Source: Thermotogota bacterium
Lineage (GTDB): Bacteria > Bipolaricaulota > Bipolaricaulia > UBA7950 > UBA9294
DNA: 44,385 nucleotides
Direction of reading: 5' to 3'
Assembly: GCA_039679545.1 (NCBI GenBank)
Contig: JBDKUT010000108.1
Coordinates: forward strand, 1-44,385
Shown: one piece after another, positions 19,050-26,910 of the stretch
Position numbering within the stretch: the first letter of the stretch is position 1
Layout of the letters: each line of letters opens with the position of its first letter
Program-made: the position numbers and the translations under genes
The notes under the pieces: generated by a model
What the model was told of the DNA's origin: nothing
Databases searched by the model: none
Seen by the model: the letters and a program-made list of their open reading frames with translations, nothing else

Positions 19050-19987
19050 CGGTCGGCAGCGCGGTCTTGAGCATCCTGGTCTTCCCGGGCTTCCTCTTCC
19101 TCGTCGCCTTCGGGCTCGCCGGGGAGTTCGTAGACCGGAAGCTGTACGCGCGCCTGCAGAACCGCCAGGGTCCGCCGTGGTACCAGCCGCTCGCGGACTT
19201 CCTGAAGCTCCTCGGCAAGGAGAACGTCATCCCCGAGGACGCCGACCGGCCGATCTTCCGGCTTGCCCCCGTGTTCGCCCTCGCCGCCACCATCGCCGCA
19301 ATCCTCTACATTCCGCTTTGGAGCACGACGTCGGTCCTCCCGTTCGAGGGAGACCTGATCGTCGTTCTCTACCTGCTCGTCATCCCGACCGTGGCGTTCT
19401 TCCTCGGCGGCTGGACGTCACGCAGCGTGTTCGCGACGATCGGCGCGTTCCGCGCGATCACTCAGGTCTTCGCTTACGAGATTCCGCTCTTTGTCGCGCT
19501 CCTCGCGCCGGCGCTCCTCGCCAACACGTGGTCCATCTCCGGGATCGCCGCGTACTACGGCAGCCACCCTTGGATGTGGTTGGTGAACCTCCTTGGATTC
19601 GGCGTCGCGCTCGTCTCGTTGCTCGGAAAGCTCGAAAAGGTTCCCTTCGACACGCCCGAAGCGGAGACGGAAATCGTCGCCGGCAGTTTCACCGAGTACA
19701 GCGGGCGGCGGTTGGCCTTCTTCCGCCTGGCCATCGACTGCGAGGCGATCGTCGGGGCGTCGCTCGTGGCTGCCGTGTTCCTGCCGTTCGGCCTCGGGCT
19801 CCCGCCGGTTCTCGGAATCCTGGTGTACCTGGCGAAAGTGCTCTTGATCCTCGGGACCCTCGCGCTCCTGCGGACGCTGTTCGCACGCCTTCGCATCGAC
19901 CAGATGGTGCACTTCTGCTGGTCCGTCGTCGCGCCGATCGCGTTCCTCCAGATCCTGATCAACCTTGTCGTAAGGGAGCTGATCTAG
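19046..19987 (+). CDS. NuoH-like membrane subunit
   Basis: DRKLYARLQNRQGPP..QPLADFLKLL.KE, PFDTPEAETEIVAG..TEYSG. Confidence 0.92.
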   Translation: MTVGSAVLSILVFPGFLFLVAFGLAGEFVDRKLYARLQNRQGPPWYQPLADFLKLLGKENVIPEDADRPIFRLAPVFALAATIAAILYIPLWSTTSVLPFEGDLIVVLYLLVIPTVAFFLGGWTSRSVFATIGAFRAITQVFAYEIPLFVALLAPALLANTWSISGIAAYYGSHPWMWLVNLLGFGVALVSLLGKLEKVPFDTPEAETEIVAGSFTEYSGRRLAFFRLAIDCEAIVGASLVAAVFLPFGLGLPPVLGILVYLAKVLLILGTLALLRTLFARLRIDQMVHFCWSVVAPIAFLQILINLVVRELI

Positions 19988-19989
19988 TC

Positions 19990-20418
19990 ATGGCGTGCAC
20001 GCTGTGGCGACGCCCGGGGCGAATGGTGCCGTCCCTGTTGCGATCGTTGTTCCGCCACCCGGCGACAACGCGGTACCCGTTCGTGAAGTGGGTCATGCCC
20101 GCGGACTTCCGAGGCCGTCCCGTCGTCCACACCGAGAATTGCATCGGCTGCAAGATGTGCGTCCGCAACTGCCCGTCGGCCGCGATCGACATTGAGAAAG
20201 TCGGCGAGAAGCAGTTCGAGGCGAGGATCGATCTCGGGCGGTGCGTCTACTGCGGTCGTTGCGCTGAGGTGTGCCCGAAGAAGACAATCGAGCTCACCAA
20301 GGACTTCGAACTCGCCGCCCTCGACCGGAAGACCCTGAAGGTCGTCTACGATGCCCCACCGCCGCCCGCCCCTGCTGCAAGCCCTGAGTCAGGCTCTGAG
20401 AGCGACGCCGGAGCTTGA
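19990..20418 (+). CDS. NuoI-like 2x[4Fe-4S] subunit
   Basis: PATTRYPF, FRG, CIGCKMCVRNCP, CVYCGRCAEVCP. Confidence 0.9.
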   Translation: MACTLWRRPGRMVPSLLRSLFRHPATTRYPFVKWVMPADFRGRPVVHTENCIGCKMCVRNCPSAAIDIEKVGEKQFEARIDLGRCVYCGRCAEVCPKKTIELTKDFELAALDRKTLKVVYDAPPPPAPAASPESGSESDAGA

Positions 20419-20857
20419 CCGCCGCGTCGTGGTCGTGGGGGTCGGGTCCACTCTCCGCTCGGATGACGCGGCGGGGTTGCGAATCGCTGAGGCTCTCCGC
20501 ACATTGGCCCTTCCGAACGTCCTCGTCCTGTTCGGCGACACCGCCCCGGAGAACGTTACGGGGGAGGTTCGCCGCGCACGCCCGTCCCACGTCCTCTTCG
20601 TCGACGCCGCGGACCTCGGCGAGTCGCCAGGGTCCGTGCGTCTTCTCGACGCCGCAGAGATTGGCGGGATGTCGTCCAGCACTCACACACTTCCACTCGG
20701 CGTGATCGCCGACTACCTGACGCGGGATCTCGGTTGCCGGGTCCTCTTCCTGGGGTTGCAGCCGAAGTCGGTCGCGTTCGGCGAAGGCTTGTCCCGCGAA
20801 GTCTCCTCCGCGGTGGCCGAGACGACAGAGGCCCTTGCGTGCGCCCTCGGCGCGTGA
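20351..20857 (+). CDS. hycI: Hydrogenase maturation endopeptidase (HycI-like); start uncertain
   Basis: GVGSTLRSDDAAG, TAPEN, FVDAAD, SSTHTLPL, LGLQP. Confidence 0.85.
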   Translation: MPHRRPPLLQALSQALRATPELDRRVVVVGVGSTLRSDDAAGLRIAEALRTLALPNVLVLFGDTAPENVTGEVRRARPSHVLFVDAADLGESPGSVRLLDAAEIGGMSSSTHTLPLGVIADYLTRDLGCRVLFLGLQPKSVAFGEGLSREVSSAVAETTEALACALGA

Positions 20858-20870
20858 GATCCGAAGCCCA

Positions 20871-21491
20871 TCACTCAGGTCGGCGCCGCTTCGCCCGCGC
20901 CTGACGGACGACAAAGACAGCCACCAGGCCAGCGAGAGCGGCAAGCACGAGGATATCGACAAGGCGCGCGTACCGGAGCACGACCTCCCAGTTGGCACGC
21001 AGGACGTACCCGCACCAGGCGAGAAAGGCATTCCAGGTCGCCGCTCCGGCTACGGTGAGGAGACAGAACGGGACAAGACCCATCCTCGCGACCCCGGCCG
21101 GAATCGAGATGAGGTGGCGAACCACGGGGATGAACCGTCCGAGGAAGATTGTGAGACGGCCGCGTCGGGAGAAGAACCTCTCAGCACGGTCGAGATCGGC
21201 GACGTCAAGCAGAAGAACTCTTCCGTACTTCACGACGAGCGGCCGCCCGCCGAAGCGCCCGATCGCGTACGAGAGAAGCGATCCCACAAGACTCCCGAGC
21301 GTAGCCAGCGCGACGGCAATCGGAGCCGACATCGTCCCCTCGGCGACGAGAAACCCCACAAACGGCATGACCGCTTCGCTGGGCACGGGGAGGACCATGC
21401 TTTCCGCGACCATCAAGAAGAAGACGCCGGCATAGCCGGTCGCCTCCATCACCTGCATCCCCACGGCCGCGAAGAACTCGGTGACTCCCAT
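20871..21491 (-). CDS. DedA-family membrane protein
   Basis: ES..LPVPSEAVM, GRFIPVVRHLISIPAG. Confidence 0.92.
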   Translation of the reverse strand: MGVTEFFAAVGMQVMEATGYAGVFFLMVAESMVLPVPSEAVMPFVGFLVAEGTMSAPIAVALATLGSLVGSLLSYAIGRFGGRPLVVKYGRVLLLDVADLDRAERFFSRRGRLTIFLGRFIPVVRHLISIPAGVARMGLVPFCLLTVAGAATWNAFLAWCGYVLRANWEVVLRYARLVDILVLAALAGLVAVFVVRQARAKRRRPE

Positions 21492-21605
21492 GCGCTCCTG
21501 CGCCGCCGGTCTTTAGACAAGACCTGCAGCGTCTGAGTGACTTCACTCGATCGGACGAGGAATGTCAAGCAGGAACCTGCCCGAAACCCAGCGTCCGTTG
21601 CTGCC

Positions 21606-21635
21606 TTGACAGCGCGGCGGCGCCTCCCATACCAT
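21606..21635 (+). promoter_or_regulatory. sigma70-type promoter of the tRNA cluster
   Basis: TTGACA-N18-TACCAT, 15 nt before the first tRNA. Confidence 0.65.
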
Positions 21636-21650
21636 TCACTTCGGCGTTTC

Positions 21651-21722
21651 GGGTCGTTAGCTCAACGGTAGAGCAGCGGACTCTTAATCCGTCGGTTACA
21701 GGTTCGAATCCTGTACGGCCCA
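21651..21722 (+). tRNA. tRNA-Lys(CTT)
   Basis: Cloverleaf; anticodon arm GCGGA-CTCTTAA-TCCGT; GGTTCGAATCC; CCA not encoded. Confidence 0.95.
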
Positions 21723-21755
21723 CAGTGCTCCCGAGGGTATTCCTCTCGGGCTCTC

Positions 21756-21829
21756 GGGTCGTTAGCTCAGCCGGTTAGAGCACCTGACTTTTAATCAGGG
21801 GGTCGCTGGTTCGAGTCCAGCACGACCCA
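21756..21829 (+). tRNA. tRNA-Lys(TTT)
   Basis: Anticodon arm CCTGA-CTTTTAA-TCAGG; GGTTCGAGTCC; CCA not encoded. Confidence 0.95.
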
Positions 21830-21835
21830 CGTTGA

Positions 21836-21865
21836 TTGAAACGGGATCGCACGGGATCCTATAAT
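21836..21865 (+). promoter_or_regulatory. Internal sigma70-type promoter before tRNA-Glu
   Basis: TTGAAA-N18-TATAAT. Confidence 0.65.
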
Positions 21866-21877
21866 TCCGATCGACCT

Positions 21878-21953
21878 GTCCCCATCATCTAGTGGCCCAG
21901 GATACCGGGTTTTCATCCCGGCGACAGGGGTTCAAATCCCCTTGGGGACGCCA
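21878..21953 (+). tRNA. tRNA-Glu(TTC)
   Basis: Anticodon arm CCGGG-TTTTCAT-CCCGG; encoded CCA. Confidence 0.95.
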
Positions 21954-21990
21954 GCGAGTATCTTGCGAATCCAGAGGTGCTCGCTATAAT

Positions 21991-22063
21991 GGGCGAGTAG
22001 CTCAGTTGGGAGAGCATCCGGCTTACATCCGGAAGGTCGCAGGTTCGAGTCCTGTCTTGCCCA
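21991..22063 (+). tRNA. tRNA-Val(TAC)
   Basis: Anticodon arm TCCGG-CTTACAT-CCGGA; CCA not encoded. Confidence 0.95.
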
Positions 22064-22077
22064 CTGGCTATCCGTAC

Positions 22078-22153
22078 GGGGACGTGGTCCAGTCAGGCCT
22101 AAGACGCTGGATTGTCACTCCAGAGATCGCCGGTTCAAATCCGGTCGTCCCCG
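22078..22153 (+). tRNA. tRNA-Asp(GTC)
   Basis: Anticodon arm CTGGA-TTGTCAC-TCCAG; discriminator G; CCA not encoded. Confidence 0.95.
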
Positions 22154-22162
22154 CATGATCCC

Positions 22163-22238
22163 GCCGAGGTAGCTCAGCTGGTAGAGCACGGCCCTGAAAA
22201 GACCGGTGTCCCCAGTTCGACTCTGGGCCTCGGCACCA
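22163..22238 (+). tRNA. tRNA-Phe(GAA)
   Basis: Anticodon loop CTGAAAA; encoded CCA; one C-A mismatch in the anticodon stem. Confidence 0.93.
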
Positions 22239-22387
22239 CTTCCCAGCCCTCGACCTTCGACCGAATTTCCCAACAAGTCTTCCGAAGCTTCGTAGCGCGC
22301 CCTGAGCCAGGAGAAGCACGTTTCCGGGATCGACGCGGAAATGCCTCATCTCATCTGCATTTCCGACCTGTGACACAGGCTGCGTCC

Positions 22388-22584
22388 TGTGGACAACCCT
22401 GTGGACAAAGGGTCCGAAATGGCTCTCGATGAGAGGTTTGCTGTGGATAAGTTTCGGCGGCAATGAAATGCCCCACACGTGAAGTCCGAGTCACACGCAC
22501 CGAACCCCGCCGTCCCCATGTTGTCCACAGACCGGCATATAGCTATATGCCTTATCAGGATTGCGTTTCCGAGCGTTTTCCACA
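22388..22584. promoter_or_regulatory. DnaA-box cluster upstream of dnaA (oriC part 1 or dnaA autoregulation)
   Basis: TGTGGACAA 22388 and 22400, perfect TGTGGATAA 22442, TTGTCCACA 22521, TTTTCCACA 22576. Confidence 0.85.
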
Positions 22585-22817
22585 ATCCCCAGCTGCCGTG
22601 CTCGTGGCGATAGGTCGTCGCCCAGCGAAATCGACCGGGTAGCAGTCCGGGGACACGTGTCTCGCCATCGCATAGGTCTTCCGGCGCTTCGGCGAGAGAC
22701 GGGCTTCCGCTGCTGCGTTGCCATCCGACCTCGTCGGCCTTGCCTCCATCGTCCCCCCTTGACCCCACGACTTGTCGTTCGTTACGCTCACCTTCGGTGA
22801 AGCCATGAGGAGGACTG

Positions 22818-24176
22818 GTGGGCGAGAGTCCTGTTACTGTTTGGGATAGCGTAATGTCCGATCTTCGGACTCAGGTCCCGTCAACAAGCTACGAAGCCTG
22901 GCTCTCGGACATCGAGCCGCTCGAGGTGAGTGAGGGATCGCTTGTCATCGGGGTCCCCGACAGCTTCAAGAAAGGCGGCATCGAGCGCCGTTACCGAGCG
23001 ACCATCGAGGAAATCGCGTCGTCCGTGTGTCAGCGGCCGCTCGCCCTTGAGGTCCGCGTTGTCGGTTCGGAGAGTGAGGACGCCACTCCCGCATTGGTTC
23101 ACAACGAGCTGGTCGTATCGGCCTCTCAAGGCGCGCTGCCTCTGAACCCGGACTACACGTTCGCTTCCTTCGTTCGCGGAGAAAACAACCGCCTCGCGGT
23201 GGCCGCCTCCGAAGCGACGGCGGACGCCGTCGTACGACGCCTCAAGAAGCCGTACAACCCCCTCTTTATCTATGGAAGCGTCGGTCTCGGGAAGACACAC
23301 CTGCTGCAAGCGATCGGGAATTTCGTTTCGTCCGCGGATCGGGACTGCGCCGTTACGTACACCACATCGGAGCGCTTCGCCATCGAGCTGATCAACGCCA
23401 TTCGCAGCAACACCACCGCCGCGTTCCGGGAGAAGTACCGCCAGGTCGACCTTCTGCTCATCGACGACGTCCATTTCTTGAAAGGCAAAGAAGCCACGCA
23501 GGAGGAGCTCTTCCATACGTTCAACGACCTTCATGGCAACAAGAAGCAAATCGTCCTCTCCAGCGATCGCCCTCCCGAGGACCTCTCGGGCCTCCAAGAG
23601 CGCCTGGTGTCGCGCTTCAAATGGGGACTCGAAGCCGACATTCAGCCGCCCAACTTCGAGACGCGGATGGCCATCCTGCGGGAGAAGGCGATCACACGCG
23701 GCATCGACGTCGACAACGATATTCTGGAGCTTATTGCAAAGCGCATCTCATCGAACGTCCGGGCCCTGGAGGGTGCCCTGGTGAAGGCGATTGCCTACGC
23801 CGAGCTTCAAGGCGAGAAGCTGACCCCGAAGAACCTGGAAGGGATTCTGCCCAAGGAAGGCCGACGGCCGAAACTAACGATTGCGCACATCAAAGATGAG
23901 ATCTCGACACGCTACCAACTCCCGCGCAGTGAGCTCGAAGGAGCAAGCCGCAAGAAAGAGATTTCGCAGGCTCGGCAGATCGCCATTTACCTCGCGCGCG
24001 AGCTGACGGAGCACTCTTTTCCCGCGATCGGGCGCGAGTTCGGCGATCGCGACCACACGACCATCATGCACTCATACTCGAAGATCAAAGCCCTGCTGAC
24101 GGATACACCGCTTCTCTACGCGGAGATCATCGAGATTCAGGAGACCCTCGAGTCGCGCTACTCACTCCTTCGATAG
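22818..24176 (+). CDS. dnaA: Chromosomal replication initiator DnaA
   Basis: LNPDYTF..FV.G, YNPLFIYGSVGLGKTHLL, LLIDDVHF, RDHTTIMHS; GTG start after GAGGAGG. Confidence 0.98.
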   Translation: MGESPVTVWDSVMSDLRTQVPSTSYEAWLSDIEPLEVSEGSLVIGVPDSFKKGGIERRYRATIEEIASSVCQRPLALEVRVVGSESEDATPALVHNELVVSASQGALPLNPDYTFASFVRGENNRLAVAASEATADAVVRRLKKPYNPLFIYGSVGLGKTHLLQAIGNFVSSADRDCAVTYTTSERFAIELINAIRSNTTAAFREKYRQVDLLLIDDVHFLKGKEATQEELFHTFNDLHGNKKQIVLSSDRPPEDLSGLQERLVSRFKWGLEADIQPPNFETRMAILREKAITRGIDVDNDILELIAKRISSNVRALEGALVKAIAYAELQGEKLTPKNLEGILPKEGRRPKLTIAHIKDEISTRYQLPRSELEGASRKKEISQARQIAIYLARELTEHSFPAIGREFGDRDHTTIMHSYSKIKALLTDTPLLYAEIIEIQETLESRYSLLR

Positions 24177-24231
24177 AGGATCGGGTTGCAGTTCCCCGTT
24201 TCCCTGACCGAGGACACCACGGGGCAAGCTC

Positions 24232-24450
24232 TGTGAACAACCTGCGACGTTTCACCTTCAATTGGGGGACGCGCCCTGGGGAAAGCCGAAGGCGTACGTT
24301 TTCCCCCAGCGATGTCCCCTGATTAACCAAAATTCTCTGCTGGTTTTCCACGAGATACCGGTAGCGCAAGATGGGACAAAGACGATTCTCCCGTAGTTGT
24401 CCCCCGTTTCCCAATCGCCTACAACTACAGCAAGAAGTACAAATAGAGAA
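24232..24450. other. Probable oriC part 2 (degenerate DnaA boxes plus trio-like unwinding segment)
   Basis: TGTGAACAA 24232, TGGGGAAAG 24277, TTTTCCACG 24344, TTGTCCCCC 24397, then GCC and CTACAACTACAGCAAGAAGTACAAATA; locally AT-richer non-coding DNA. Confidence 0.6.
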
Positions 24451-24676
24451 CTCCTAGAAGTTGTCCGGCACCGTAGCTCAGCCAATACGTACACCAAGCA
24501 GAAGGGCATCTTCCTCTGGCCGAAGGTCGTGGGGCAACTGGATAGCTTCGCCTAAATCTTGTTCGTGCAAGAGCTAGATCTACTTGATGCGGAGCTTCCT
24601 GGAAAACTAAATCAGCAACTCCACGAGGAGAAACTTCAGGGGAGACGTCCACCATCCACGACACAGAGGTCGCAGA

Positions 24677-24910
24677 GTGCGTATGGGCAAGCTATTGAGC
24701 TACGAAGTCGATCTCTTCGTCGACGTGGGCGATCCCGCGCTTCGGACAACATCCCTTGGGGGCTACCGGCGACAGCGTAGCCGTGAAGCTGCGCTTGCGG
24801 AAAGCAGTGGGCGTCGATGCTCGCGATGTGGGATCGCCTATGTAGGCCAAGACCCTGTATGTCCCGACTGTTGCTACAACGCGATTGAAGAGTCTTCGCA
24901 AGCGAACTAG
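24677..24910 (+). CDS. Small hypothetical zinc-ribbon protein (75-77 aa)
   Basis: CSRC-x10-CPDC; GAGGT upstream; start GTG 24677 or ATG 24683. Confidence 0.5.
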   Translation: MRMGKLLSYEVDLFVDVGDPALRTTSLGGYRRQRSREAALAESSGRRCSRCGIAYVGQDPVCPDCCYNAIEESSQAN

Positions 24911-24913
24911 AAT
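24885..24913 (+). promoter_or_regulatory. sigma70-type promoter of hslVU
   Basis: TTGAAG-N17-TAGAAT, 9 nt before ATG 24923. Confidence 0.6.
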
Positions 24914-24922
24914 GGCGTCCTC

Positions 24923-25468
24923 ATGAAGCCCGTACGAAACACGACCATTCTCGCCATGTACTCGCCGGACGAACGCCGCGCCGTCATTGCCTGCGACGGA
25001 CAGGCGACGCTGGACACCACGGTGATCAAGAAGAACACGAGGAAGGTCTACCGATTGAATGACGACCGTGTGCTCGTCGGATTCGCCGGCGCGACGGCCG
25101 ACTGCCTCGCCCTCCTCGACAAGTTCGAAGGCAAGTTGAAGAAGTACGACGGCAAGCTCAAGCGTTCTGCCGTAGAGCTGACGAAAGAATGGCGGACGGA
25201 TCGGATCCTCCGCCACCTCGAGGCCGTCATGGCGGTCACGAGCGAGGAAGGAGTCCTCATGATCTCCGGTGCCGGCGACGTGCTCGAGCCGGACGGCGGA
25301 GTCCTCGGCATCGGATCGGGAGGCGCGTACGCGCTGGCGGCCGCGAAGGCGTTTGCGAGCATAGGGACTCTCAAAGTGGACGAGATCGCGCGGCGGTCGC
25401 TCGAGATCGCTGCGGAGATTGACATCTATACCAATGACCAGATCGTGGTCGAAGGCATCAGCTGGTAG
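24923..25468 (+). CDS. hslV: ATP-dependent protease peptidase subunit HslV
   Basis: TTIL, DGQATL, GFAGATAD, WRTDRILRHLEA, GSGGAYA..AA, DIYTN. Confidence 0.96.
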   Translation: MKPVRNTTILAMYSPDERRAVIACDGQATLDTTVIKKNTRKVYRLNDDRVLVGFAGATADCLALLDKFEGKLKKYDGKLKRSAVELTKEWRTDRILRHLEAVMAVTSEEGVLMISGAGDVLEPDGGVLGIGSGGAYALAAAKAFASIGTLKVDEIARRSLEIAAEIDIYTNDQIVVEGISW

Positions 25469-25475
25469 GTGACGG

Positions 25476-26846
25476 ATGAGCGCATGGGCGGAAGTTCCCG
25501 ACGACCAGATTGCCGGCCTCACGCCGGGACAGATCGTCGAGGAACTCGACAAGTACATTGTGGGCCAGAAGGATGCGAAACGTGCCGTGGCGATCGCGCT
25601 CCGCAATCGAATGCGCCGGCAGTTTGTCGACGAGGAGATGCGGTACGAGATCAAGCCCAAGAACATCCTCATGATCGGTCCGACCGGCGTGGGGAAGACG
25701 GAGATCTCGCGGCGGCTGGCGCGTCTAACGACGTGCCCGTTCATCAAGGTCGAGGCGACGAAGTTCACGGAGGTCGGCTATGTCGGCCGTGACGTCGAGT
25801 CGATGGTCCGCGATCTCGTCGACATGTCGGTTGACATGATCCGCGAGGAGGAGATCGATCGCGTCGAGGATGAGGCCGAGCGGCTCGTGACGGAGGAGAT
25901 CCTCGACGCTCTTCTGCCGCCTCCGGCCGAGGGCGAGAAGGCTCCGACCGAGGAGTCTCCCCACAAGACGCGCGACAAGCTGCGCGAGAAGCTCGAGGCG
26001 GGGGATCTCGAGGAGCGCTACATTGAGATCACCGTTGAGGAACAAGCGCTGCCCCAGATCGAAGTCTTCTCGCAGGATGGAATGGACCAGATGGGGATTG
26101 ACATGGGCGACGTCCTCTCGGGGCTCCTCCCGCCGAACCGAAAGCAGAAGAAAGTTCGCATCCGCGAGGCCCGCGGCATCCTGTTCGAGCAGGTCGTCGA
26201 TCGGTTGATCAACATGGATGAGGTGCGCCAGGAAGGCCTGCGGCTTGCGGAGGAGATGGGGATCATCTTCATCGATGAGATCGACAAGATCGCCGCCGGT
26301 GGCCGCGAGGAGCTTGGAGGACCCGGCGTGTCGCGCCAGGGCGTACAGCGTGACCTCTTGCCGTTCCTTGAGGGCACGGCGGTACGAACGCGCTACGGGA
26401 CCGTCAGCACGGAGAACATCCTTTTCATCGCGGCGGGCGCGTTCAACATGTCGAAGCCGAGCGACCTCATTCCTGAGCTGCAGGGGCGCTTGCCCATCCG
26501 CGTCGAGCTCGACAACCTCACCGCCTCCGACTTCCTCCGGATCCTTACGGAGCCCAAGGATGCGCTCACCAAGCAGTATGCGGCGCTCCTGGCGACGGAA
26601 GGCATCGTGCTCGAGTTCGCGCCCGACGCGGTCGAGGCGCTCGCCGGGATTGCCTATGAGCTCAACCAGACGACGGAGAACATCGGGGCGCGCCGACTGA
26701 CGACGGTCATGGAGAAGCTCATCGAGGAAATCTCGTTCGAGGCAGATCGTCGCCGCGGCGAGACGATCGTCATCGACCGCGCGTACGTCAGCGCCCGCCT
26801 CGCCGGGATCGCCAAGGATCCCGATCTTTCTCGCTACATCCTGTAG
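25476..26846 (+). CDS. hslU: ATP-dependent protease ATPase subunit HslU
   Basis: [51 protein letters not shown]-terminus. Confidence 0.97.
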   Translation: MSAWAEVPDDQIAGLTPGQIVEELDKYIVGQKDAKRAVAIALRNRMRRQFVDEEMRYEIKPKNILMIGPTGVGKTEISRRLARLTTCPFIKVEATKFTEVGYVGRDVESMVRDLVDMSVDMIREEEIDRVEDEAERLVTEEILDALLPPPAEGEKAPTEESPHKTRDKLREKLEAGDLEERYIEITVEEQALPQIEVFSQDGMDQMGIDMGDVLSGLLPPNRKQKKVRIREARGILFEQVVDRLINMDEVRQEGLRLAEEMGIIFIDEIDKIAAGGREELGGPGVSRQGVQRDLLPFLEGTAVRTRYGTVSTENILFIAAGAFNMSKPSDLIPELQGRLPIRVELDNLTASDFLRILTEPKDALTKQYAALLATEGIVLEFAPDAVEALAGIAYELNQTTENIGARRLTTVMEKLIEEISFEADRRRGETIVIDRAYVSARLAGIAKDPDLSRYIL

Positions 26847-26910
26847 CGTTCCGTTGTAGCGCACGCGCGTTCCTGAGTAAGATGCTTCGCTTCGGAAGGA
26901 GGCTTTGGGG

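Noticed and set aside
11083..20418. NADH dehydrogenase (nuo), Mrp antiporter or Mbs/Ehr call
   Set aside because: Both NiFe CxxC motifs and a HycI protease are present; no NuoEFG or MrpEFG
22470..22490. parS-like CACGTGAA
   Set aside because: Flanks do not match TGTTTCACGTGAAACA
21892..22806. ORFs over the tRNAs and DnaA boxes
   Set aside because: Better explained by tRNA genes and origin sequence; none resembles rpmH
26847..26910. T-box leader before thrS
   Set aside because: The intergenic gap is only about 64 nt
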